DNA of 62,086 bases, the filler included, from an uncultured Thermoplasmatales archaeon (GTDB lineage Archaea > Thermoplasmatota > E2 > DHVEG-1): assembly GCA_964517155.1 (NCBI GenBank). It is 6 parts of 6 records of this genome, joined end to end, with 100 filler letters (N's around TTAATTAATTAA, not from the genome) between each part and the next. Parts side by side here need not be neighbours in the genome. Positions count along the whole stretch, not along the records: positions 19,626 to 40,458 come from CAZFAZ010000007.1; 5 more parts are not named here. The stretch is one strand, 5' to 3'. Positions 19,633-29,000 of this stretch are shown piece after piece. A program made the translations under genes and the position numbers. The notes below the pieces were generated by a model that saw nothing but the letters and a program-made list of their open reading frames with translations, did not search any database and was not told the origin of the DNA. The number at the start of each line of letters is the position of its first letter. The stretch's first letter is position 1.

Positions 19633-19768
19633 TCCAATATTCAGGTCATACACAACATAACCCTCATCCAATATTCAGGTCATACACAACATAACCCTCA
19701 TCCAATATTCAGGTCATAAACGACATAACACTAACCCAATATTCAAGGCATACACAGCATAAACTTTG
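19633..19768. repeat. 34-bp tandem repeat, 4 units, at the contig edge
   Basis: TCCAATATTCAGGTCATACACAACATAACCCTCA at 19633 and 19667 (identical); diverged units at 19701 and 19735. Confidence 0.92.
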
Positions 19769-19934
19769 TTAGATGTGCAGGGCATATTAATACAGATTTT
19801 TTTAAAATCGCATCATATTTTTTATTTAATACTCGCAGCATGACTCTTAAAAAACTCAAGGTGGTCGATCCTTTCCAATGTCTAATAGCATACTATCCAA
19901 GTTTTACCTCGATATTTCTTCATATTTTTCTGCT

Positions 19935-20891
19935 TTAATATCTATTTATCTGTTTTTTTATAATTGCATCAAGTGGAGCATACTCATAATATGATTCTTC
20001 GTCAAACCATGCGCATCTAATTTTTCTTAGCGGTGTTTTTGTTCTAAAAGATAATGCTAAAGCATAATGATATAGTTGACTTGCTGCTTTTTTGTCTTTG
20101 CCTGCATTTGGTTTATAATCAACTATGTAGACCAGATTATTTCTAACTTGAATCATATCAATATGGCCCGTGACTCCTGAATCAATTTTTTTATCCCAAT
20201 ACCATACAGGAACCTCGCAGGCTATCGTTGCAGTATCATTTATCAGCATAAATCTTTCAACGATTTTGTGTCTGTCAAGATTTTTTTCTGCAGCATTTAC
20301 TGCAAAACCTGCCATTTTACAGGCTAGATTAACCTGCTTTTTCAACTCAATTTTTACATTAAACATAGGTTTTGAGCATCGCTTGCCAACTTCAAAAAAT
20401 ACATCGGGACATCCTTTTTCAAAACTAGAAATATATTTTACTAAACCCAAAAAAACTTCTTTTTCATTTTCAAGAGCAGATAATTTATATTTATGATACA
20501 TAAACAAGTAATCAAGGTTTTCATGTTCAAAACGCTTTGTAAATAATACATCTTCATAATCTGTAAAATTCTTTCTTTTACAAGAAATCGCGCAGAATTT
20601 TTGATATTTTGTTATCCAAGAATAAACAGTGCTTTTACTTGTTTTAATCTTAAATTTTTTGTTAACTTGTTTGCAGGTATCGTCAAGATTATGCCCAATA
20701 TTATAACAGTTAATAGCATAATAGATGACCTGTGGAGAATACATTATATTTTTAAGATAGAAATCAGTAAATCTTTTTTTACAGTCTTTGCATTGGTAAA
20801 GTATTGTGTTTCTAAACTTATTTTTTCTTATTCCTCTTTTAACAATATTTTCACTGTTGCAATTTGAGCATCTAATAGTTATTTTATCTAT
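19935..20891 (-). CDS. IS1-like Zn-ribbon + HTH + PD-(D/E)XK (RecB/Cas4-like) nuclease
   Basis: Frame extends above the listed ATG: CSNC..IVKRGIRK..YQCKDCKKRF; SKSTVYSW HTH; EVPVW..TGHID..IVDYKP..QLYHYALAL nuclease motifs. Apparent ATA start at 20891. Confidence 0.8.
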   Translation of the reverse strand: MDKITIRCSNCNSENIVKRGIRKNKFRNTILYQCKDCKKRFTDFYLKNIMYSPQVIYYAINCYNIGHNLDDTCKQVNKKFKIKTSKSTVYSWITKYQKFCAISCKRKNFTDYEDVLFTKRFEHENLDYLFMYHKYKLSALENEKEVFLGLVKYISSFEKGCPDVFFEVGKRCSKPMFNVKIELKKQVNLACKMAGFAVNAAEKNLDRHKIVERFMLINDTATIACEVPVWYWDKKIDSGVTGHIDMIQVRNNLVYIVDYKPNAGKDKKAASQLYHYALALSFRTKTPLRKIRCAWFDEESYYEYAPLDAIIKKQINRY

Positions 20892-21235
20892 AAAGTATCA
20901 CCTCATAATAAATTATCAACTAATAAAATCAATTAATTTTAAGTTAGGTAAAATCCTTTTTTTATTATGAGTAATATTTTCATAGTTAGGTGATAGCATC
21001 TTTTTTATTTTCATATAGTAAAATTTAATTTTTTAAAAATTAATATTTTATGTATCATTTTGTAACAAAATTATCTAAAAAATGGTATTTATTTAAAAAA
21101 TAAAAGATATGAAGCATTCTTATTTGGGATTGTGATATTAATATTTTTTTTCAATATCAATTTAAGTTTATCTGTAAAACTTAGACAAACTCATAGAATG
21201 CTTGTCAATATCTTATAGTGTACAACTTTTTTTAT

Positions 21236-24200
21236 TTATGATGTTCTGTATGCTTGGAAGTCGTATACTCTTGGTTGGTATACTCCGTATCCGAATCCTG
21301 AGCCTAGTGTGAATGTTATTTGTATTTTGTCTATTTGTGTGGTTGTGAATGTTTTGTATGCATAGCTGTTATCTGGCCATGTTGTGAAGTAGCATGTTTG
21401 TTTTAGTGTGTTTCCTTGGTATAGTTTGACTGTCATTTGTGTTAGTTGGCTTATTTTTCTAGCGTTTATTTTTATTTGGTTGCATGATATTGGTTGGTTG
21501 TATGTTAGTGTGAGTGCGGTGTCTGTTTCTGTGTAGTCTCCTACTTTGTAGTAGTGTGAGTATGTTGATGTTGATGTATCGCGTGCGTTGTTTGGGTTTT
21601 GCCATCCTGTGGTGGTTATGTATCCTGTTGGTCTGGTCCATCCTTGTATAGATGTAGTTGTGAATGTTTTTTGAGTTCCGTAGCTTGTTCCGGCGCTGTT
21701 GCTTGCTACTGCTCTGTAGTAGTAGGTTGTACCGCTGGTTAGTCCTGTTAGGGTTTTAGTAAATATTCCTGTATTTGTTTGTGTGGTGGGTGTTGTTGTG
21801 TATCCGTAGCTTGGTGTTGTTCCGTATTGGAAGTATACGTTGCAGCTGCTGGCTCCTCCAAGGTTGGTTAAATCACCGCGAACTACAGCGCTATTGGTTC
21901 CAACTGAGCTGGTGGTTAGTGTTGTTACGGTTGGGGGTGTAATTGATCCGCTGCTTGCGGTAGTAAAGGTGTATTGGTTGCCGTAACTTGTTCCGGCATT
22001 GTTGCTTGCTACTGCTCGGTAGTAGTAGGTTGTACCTGGGTTTAAGCCGCTGATGCTTCTGCTGAAGCTTCCTGTTGAGGACATTGTTATTTGTGTTGTG
22101 GTGTATCCGTAGTTTGTTGTTGTTCCGTATTGGAAGTATACTGTGCAGCTGGTTGCTCCTCCCATGTTTGTTAGGGTTCCTTGTAGTGTGGCTGATGTTG
22201 GCCCTATATTGTTAGCGGTGTTTGTTGTTACTGTTGGTTGGGTTGTTGTGCTGCCTGTAGTTGTAAAGCTTTTTAGTATGGTTTTTCCTCCTTGGCTGTT
22301 CCACACGTGGGCGTAGGCGACGTAGTTTGTATTTGGTGATAATCCTGTGAATGTGTTTGTGTATGTATATGGGCTGTTGTATGTGCCTGGTTTTGTCCAG
22401 TCTGCTACCGTAGTAGTGCCTTGTTTTATGTAAAATCTTAGTGTGCATGGTTCTCCTCCGTCATCCGTTAGTGTCGCACTTAGTGTTACTGAGTTGGTGC
22501 CTATGTTTGTGGTTTCAAGGCAGCAGACATTTGGTATTGTTATTTCGTCTAGTGTTGTGAATGTTTTATCTGTTCCATATACAGTTCCTGCATTGTTGGC
22601 TGCGACTGCTCTGTAGTGGTATAATGTGTTGCTTTGTAGGTTGTTTATGTTTGTAGTAAATATTCCTGTGGTTGTTTGTGTGGTGGGCGTTGTTGTGTAA
22701 CCATAGCTTGGTGTTGTCCCATATTCGAACCATACGTTGCAGCTGGTTGCTCCACCCATGTTTGTTAATTCTCCTCTTATTGTTGCAGCATTAGTACCAA
22801 TTGTACCTGCAGATAGGGTGGTTACTGTTGGTTCGGTGTTTGTGCCGCCTGCGGTTGTGAATGTTTTTTGAGTACCGTAGCTTGTTCCGGCGCTGTTGCT
22901 TGCTACTGCTCTGTAGTAGTAGGTTGTACTGCTGGTTAGACCTATTATGCTTGTAATGAATTTTCCGGTGGTTGTTTTTGTAATGGGTGTTGTTGTGTAT
23001 CCGTAGCTTGGTGTTGTTCCATATTCGAACCATACGTTGCAGCTGCTGGCTCCTCCAAGGTTTGTTAGTTCTCCTTGTACTGCTGCAGCGTTGGAGCTGA
23101 TTCTACCTGCAGATAGGGTTGTTACTGTTGGTTCGGTGTTTGTGCTGCCGGTGGTTGTGAATGTTTTGTCTTCTCCATATGTGGTTCCTGCTGTGTTTTT
23201 TGCTACTGCTCTGTAGTGGTAGGTTGTTTCTTGATTTAGATTATTTATAATTTGGTTGAATTCTCCTGTGGACGATTTGGTAACCCAGTTTGTTTGTAGT
23301 CCGTAGGTTGTGGTGGTTCCGTATTCGAATTTGACATCGCAGTTGTTGTCTCCTCCTAAATCGGTTAAATCACCATGAAGTGTAGCACTGTTACTATCGA
23401 TATTGTCAGCATCTAAAGTACTAACACAAGGATATAGTATTGTTCCTCCATTTATTGTTACTATTGTGTTATTAATTTCACTAACCTGTAAAAGATTGTT
23501 TCTAACTTGTAATCCCATATTGTATGTACCCATTGTATTATATGTATAACTTGGGTTTGGATTCCAATCAACCCAATAATTAGTTAAAATTGTTCCTGTA
23601 TCCCAGTTTCCATCGCCATCCCAGTCAATGCGCATTTTATTTATTGAGTTGCCAGGTCCCGGACTGCTTTGTGAGAAATCAAATGAAATAGGATTGCCCA
23701 TAGTGCCAGTATATGGTCCACCAGCATTTGCTGTTGGTCCAGTTGGTGGTTCGTCATCTGTAAATAATACTACTGTAATGTATAGCTTTTTGTATTCACT
23801 AAAAGCCCAATGTATATCTCTTGCTATTGCTTCTATTGTATAATCACCGGTATTGCTCCAAGAATGGCTAGCAGTATAAGCCTCTCCTGAGCTAAACGGC
23901 CCTATCCAGTCCGTAGCTGAGTAATCACCCCAATAAATCTTATAGTATAAGTCATCGCCATCAGGATCTGTTGCGCTAACTGTATATGAATAACTTTTAC
24001 CACGTTTAACTTTAGTAGGGCCTGTAAGAGAGGGCGTTGAGGGTGGATTATTTAGGGGCTCCTCAATTATGATAGTATGCGTTCCATAAGTTAAAGATTC
24101 AAGTCCATGCATATCTCTTGAATATATTTTAATTGTAAAGTCTCCAGTTTTTGTATAAGTATGCGAAAAAGGTCGAGGAACATTACCGGGCTGTAAAATG

Positions 24201-25963
24201 CTCCAATCTGAAACTGTTCCGTCTCCCCAATCAACTTTGAATTGAATCTTATCCCCATGAGGGTCATCACCTATAGCAGAAAAGATATTTTCCTTATTTT
24301 TTATACCTGAAGTAGGTCCTGAAATAGATGGAGTATATGGTGGAAAATTTTGAGTTACATCAATTATTCTTTGATGATAAAATAAAATCCATGTTTTAGA
24401 TTCAAAACCATATCTATTAACCCAACAATCCCAAAATTCAAGTATATCATTGGGGTTATCGTTTTCTATTATTGTCCAGATTTTACTAAACTCGCCTGAT
24501 ACATAATCTCCATATTTATAATTACTCCAAGTTGGATAGTCCATAACAAATGTTCCATCAAATAAATCCCATAGAACCCCTGCAACGGCACCTTCTACAA
24601 GATGTCCATCCCAATCACCTGAGGTTACATAGTCTGCATAATAGCCGTATTCAAAATCATGTCCGCCAAAATTACAATTGTTTTTTACTGCACAAGGTAA
24701 AAATTCTGCCCAACCCTCGCTTAGAGCAGCCCCGGGATTTGATACAGTATATACATAATGAGGCTTAATTACCTCTCCTTCAGGTAGATTATCTCCATAT
24801 GCCTTATACATTATTGCATGTGAGTATTCATGAATATGGACATTATCCAACCATTCATGTCCACCTTCAATTTCTATAAAATCAAATTTAAAACCGGCGA
24901 TATTAATCATACGAAATTGACTTTCATCTCGGGGCCAGTTGACAGCTGCTCTATCTCTATTCCAATTCACTTTATTTTTTAACCAAATATATGTATCAAC
25001 AATATTATTAAGAATTTTTAAAGATCCCCTAGTGTTTGTTCCAATTGTGCCTTGAATCTCGGTATCTGAATCTATATCATACCAATCAGGACTGATCCAA
25101 GCATATACCGACCAAATAGGACTTGGGTATATTCTATCTGTAACCTCACAGATGTTATATTCAGGATCAAGGTTAGAATTTTCTGAATATATTATAATTT
25201 TAAATTTACCGTCCGGAAGACCTGTAAATTTAAAGTTCCCCTGGTCATCTGTTCTATACCTAGCAACACAGTCAGAATATCCTTCTTGGAATAATTCAAT
25301 TCTTACATATTTTGGGTAAAAATAACCTGTTTCATATTCATCCTTAACACGAAAGTTGCCTGATAGTGTATGGCCATCTTTGTTGTTTGTAGATTTCTCA
25401 TTTTTAATTATCTGCACGTCTTCGAATTCTGAGATTATCTCGCCGTTATCATTATCAACTGTGCTGTACAAAGAAATAGGGTTCTCACTTGCATCTATAA
25501 CACCATTTAAAGCTGAAAAATAATATGCTGTTTGCTCTTCTTTGAAAACTTTATCTTCATCGGTTATTTTTGCATAAATTGCGTAGTCCTTTTCTTGATT
25601 TAGTTTTATTTTGAGAGGTATTTTTATAGTTGAATCTTCTGTTATTTCTCCTTTCCATTGGAGTTCTCCTTCTGATAAAATCATACTTGAAGGAATCACA
25701 AAATCTATACGTGCATTTGGAACGTAATGTTGGGATGATACTTGTAGTATCAGGGATATATCTTTACCCAAGGTTAAGTCGCTATTTGTTTTAAAGTTTA
25801 AAGAAAATATTGATTCAGAAGATATGTATTTTATAGTATCTTCATTTACTATAGTTTGTTCATCGTTTGTTTTGTCTATTGTATATACTGAGTTTGCGGT
25901 TGTTAGACTTGTTGTTAAAAACATGCTTATTATTAAAATTGTTATTATGTTCTTTTTGTTCAT
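21236..25963 (-). CDS. Secreted zinc metallopeptidase (gluzincin-type) with PKD and six FN3-like repeats
   Basis: Signal peptide, HEYSH + ALSEGWAEF, DWGDG PKD modules, repeats of PTVTT..VWFEYGTT.SYG..YYRAVA. Confidence 0.8.
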   Translation of the reverse strand: MNKKNIITILIISMFLTTSLTTANSVYTIDKTNDEQTIVNEDTIKYISSESIFSLNFKTNSDLTLGKDISLILQVSSQHYVPNARIDFVIPSSMILSEGELQWKGEITEDSTIKIPLKIKLNQEKDYAIYAKITDEDKVFKEEQTAYYFSALNGVIDASENPISLYSTVDNDNGEIISEFEDVQIIKNEKSTNNKDGHTLSGNFRVKDEYETGYFYPKYVRIELFQEGYSDCVARYRTDDQGNFKFTGLPDGKFKIIIYSENSNLDPEYNICEVTDRIYPSPIWSVYAWISPDWYDIDSDTEIQGTIGTNTRGSLKILNNIVDTYIWLKNKVNWNRDRAAVNWPRDESQFRMINIAGFKFDFIEIEGGHEWLDNVHIHEYSHAIMYKAYGDNLPEGEVIKPHYVYTVSNPGAALSEGWAEFLPCAVKNNCNFGGHDFEYGYYADYVTSGDWDGHLVEGAVAGVLWDLFDGTFVMDYPTWSNYKYGDYVSGEFSKIWTIIENDNPNDILEFWDCWVNRYGFESKTWILFYHQRIIDVTQNFPPYTPSISGPTSGIKNKENIFSAIGDDPHGDKIQFKVDWGDGTVSDWSILQPGNVPRPFSHTYTKTGDFTIKIYSRDMHGLESLTYGTHTIIIEEPLNNPPSTPSLTGPTKVKRGKSYSYTVSATDPDGDDLYYKIYWGDYSATDWIGPFSSGEAYTASHSWSNTGDYTIEAIARDIHWAFSEYKKLYITVVLFTDDEPPTGPTANAGGPYTGTMGNPISFDFSQSSPGPGNSINKMRIDWDGDGNWDTGTILTNYWVDWNPNPSYTYNTMGTYNMGLQVRNNLLQVSEINNTIVTINGGTILYPCVSTLDADNIDSNSATLHGDLTDLGGDNNCDVKFEYGTTTTYGLQTNWVTKSSTGEFNQIINNLNQETTYHYRAVAKNTAGTTYGEDKTFTTTGSTNTEPTVTTLSAGRISSNAAAVQGELTNLGGASSCNVWFEYGTTPSYGYTTTPITKTTTGKFITSIIGLTSSTTYYYRAVASNSAGTSYGTQKTFTTAGGTNTEPTVTTLSAGTIGTNAATIRGELTNMGGATSCNVWFEYGTTPSYGYTTTPTTQTTTGIFTTNINNLQSNTLYHYRAVAANNAGTVYGTDKTFTTLDEITIPNVCCLETTNIGTNSVTLSATLTDDGGEPCTLRFYIKQGTTTVADWTKPGTYNSPYTYTNTFTGLSPNTNYVAYAHVWNSQGGKTILKSFTTTGSTTTQPTVTTNTANNIGPTSATLQGTLTNMGGATSCTVYFQYGTTTNYGYTTTQITMSSTGSFSRSISGLNPGTTYYYRAVASNNAGTSYGNQYTFTTASSGSITPPTVTTLTTSSVGTNSAVVRGDLTNLGGASSCNVYFQYGTTPSYGYTTTPTTQTNTGIFTKTLTGLTSGTTYYYRAVASNSAGTSYGTQKTFTTTSIQGWTRPTGYITTTGWQNPNNARDTSTSTYSHYYKVGDYTETDTALTLTYNQPISCNQIKINARKISQLTQMTVKLYQGNTLKQTCYFTTWPDNSYAYKTFTTTQIDKIQITFTLGSGFGYGVYQPRVYDFQAYRTS

Positions 25964-26088
25964 TTTTTTCCCTCTTTTTTTGATTAATATAAAAATGGAT
26001 TATTTAATATTTTCTATAAATATAAATTGATTTTTATATAAATAATATCAAAAATATTTAATTATATGTGAAAAATATAGAAATTATT

Positions 26089-29000
26089 TTAGTTTACCTT
26101 CCAAAATTGAAACTCAAATAATTCTGCGGTTATTCCATTTCCCCAGTTCCATTCACCGTTAACCCAGAACTTTATTCTGGCCTTTGAAACAGTATGCGCT
26201 CCACCGCTAAGTGTTTTTTCCTGCCAGTTCTGATTTGTAAAAGCACCTTCATAAACATAATGATATGCACCATCATAATAAACTTCGATTCTAATAGTTG
26301 GGATATATGTTGAAGAATACATAGCCCAGTAACGTATTTTACTGCATTGAATGGAGGGAGTTATTGTTAATTCTAACCAATCTGTCCAACCATTTTGATT
26401 GTTTAAAAACTTCACACTTTCTGCACTAGTACTTATATCATTATCACGAGCATCTGCTCCTCTGTTCCATCCACTGCTTGGATAATGTCCATTAGGTGTA
26501 ACCCATTCAGGGTTAGGTGTACTAGAAATTATAATAGTTTTTACAGGTGAAAATGGGCTTTGATAACCATTTGAATCTTCTGCTTTAACTTTTATGTTAT
26601 AGGTGCCTGCTGAATACCATGTATGACTTTTCCAGACTCTCGTACCTGAACTCCAGTAATCTGTCCATTCATCAACAATATTATCTCCATTCCAGTCCCA
26701 TCCATAACGAATGTTATCGCCATCAGGATCTGTTGCTCTTGTATTAAATTCATAAGAAGTACCAACATTACCAGTTGAAGGACCACTTGGTTGTTCGGGT
26801 GTGTTAGGTGGGTTGCCCTGAGGGGATAGAGTAAAATCTACATTATTTATTGTTTGACCTGCGATAATGGTAACTGTCTGGCTTTGAGAATTATAACCTG
26901 ATTTACTTGCTGTAACTACATGAGTACCTGGAGATATTACAAGCTCATAACCACCCAATATACCAGTTGTTGTTGATTTACCATCAGCTGAAACAGTTGC
27001 ACCAGAAAGTCTTCCACCGCCTTGTTTGTAAACAATTCCTGTTATTGTTGCAGTTGAAGGGTTTACAGTTGGACCCGTTAATGTGCCGCCTTGAGGGAAT
27101 TGTTGATCTGAATGATTGCTTACATCATCATTAAATAAGAAATAATATCCGTGCTCATATAGTTCGCCTGCTGATAATGTAGTTTGATATTCATAAATTG
27201 CAGAGTAACCATTTGACCATGTTTCAGATCCAGGTTTAACTGACATTTCATGAAAGGCACCTGATGTTACATCATAGATGTATACTAATTTTTTTTCAGG
27301 TAAATCTCCATCTGGATCGTAATAATTAATTTGATATTTGAATAATGTATCAGTGTTTCCGCTATTTGGAGTTACATATCCATTTTGGATTTGACATGGT
27401 TGATTTATGCCTTGATTGACTGTTATTGCTGCTGTAGCAATATTACTTGTTTGCAGATGATTATCTCTAACTTGTAATTTCATATTATATGTGCCAATTG
27501 TATTATATGTATAACTTAGGTTTGGATTCCAATCAACCCAATAATTATTTACAATTGTCCCAGTATCCCAATTTCCATCACCATCCCAATCGACACGCAT
27601 TTTATTTATTGTTTTGCCAGCGGGTGCACTGCTTTGTGAAAAGTCAAAGTTAATAGGGCTTCCTTTAGTGCCACTATATGGCCCGCCAGCAACAGCTGTT
27701 GGTGTCTGTATACAATTTGGATAAATATTATACCAATTGTTTCCATCAAAGAAATTAACATCTGCTGAACCAGCAGTTATACTTCCCATTATAAACCAGT
27801 TATATGGTATGAGCGTTCCCCCTAAATTAAGAGGGTCCCATTGAACACTAAATCCATCTGCATCTATATAATCAAATGTTAAAGATTTTATACCATATCC
27901 ATTGTAGTATGCCTCTAAATTTATATTGCCACTTAAATAAGAGGAATCAATTGCAATAAAACCATCGCAATCTCCTTCAAGCGTCCAATCAATGCTTAGA
28001 TACCCGCCGTTGTTTATATCAGCATCAAGATACACTTCGTAGTTATTAATAATAATTCCAAGATCTAAATCAACACTATTATCGATATATACATCAATTC
28101 TATGGTGATTATATTCTGGCTGTATCTCTCTTAACCATACTTCCAAATCGCCTTGGATTTCAAGATCCAATGTGAATTCTATTTCAAAGAATTTAATAGT
28201 TGATGTTGATGCATAAAATGAAAAACCATCTTCACTATTTAAATAGAAATGCTTTTCACCAATTTTTTTAACATAAATATCTCCATTAACATCTATGTTA
28301 GTAACTGTTATCCTATCTATACCAACATTATCTCTATAAATCATTGATGCAATATGTATATCTCCATCAAAACTAAATGAGCTATCACTTACATTTATTG
28401 TAACTAATGTATTTGATACCGTCAGAGTTGTTAGTTTAATTTTTTCTACAAGAGTTTTATATATTTCTATTTCTGAAATCACTGATAACGAGATACAATC
28501 GACTATCATCTTTGTTTTAGAAAAACCAGACGATACATCAATTAATATTGAGCCTTCAAAATTGCCTGATTTTGTTTTAATTTTTTGTACAAGCCAACCT
28601 TCTATTTCAACATTGATATCAAATGATATTGTTGCAGAAAGTAAAACTGTTTTTGTATCTTTATTTACAACAAAGTTGATGGTGCCCTCAAAATCTAGAT
28701 CAATTCTTTTTATTTTCCCAGTCCATCTTAGATTTTCAAGATGCAAATCAGTTCCTGTCCCTGATAATTCAACACTACCATCCTCTAATATTTTTAAACT
28801 GCATATCACAGTTCCTGAACCTGTTGATGTTACTAGTGATAATTGATCCCAATTAAAAGGTCCTATTTGTATCCAGGGTCCATTATATTTAATATAACAG
28901 TTTGTAAGACTGAGCTGGGCTTTTCCTTGATATTTAACTTCGACTGTATTATCATTAAGCCTACCAATCTCAATTACACCGTCTGAAGAAGAAAAGGTTA

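Noticed and set aside
19633..19768. 34-bp array as a CRISPR or TIGR-like guide array
   Set aside because: Units are contiguous with no unique spacers, the first two are identical, and no cas or Nop-domain gene is nearby. TGA/CTGA words on the minus strand are too short to count.
17918..19768. Linkage of the flippase/glycan genes to the repeat-nuclease locus
   Set aside because: They are on different contigs separated by a linker, so adjacency is unproven.
19935..20891. Calling the nuclease Cas4 or a bona fide IS1 transposase
   Set aside because: No C-terminal Cas4 cysteine cluster, no DDE domain and no terminal inverted repeats found.
21104..21214. Hammerhead ribozyme
   Set aside because: Three-stem layout, but the core reads CTATGAG and TTAAA instead of CTGATGA and GAAA.
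21459..23033. His/Asn/Arg-rich alternative-frame ORFs inside the protease gene
   Set aside because: By-product of the A/C-rich coding strand, which lacks stops in other frames.
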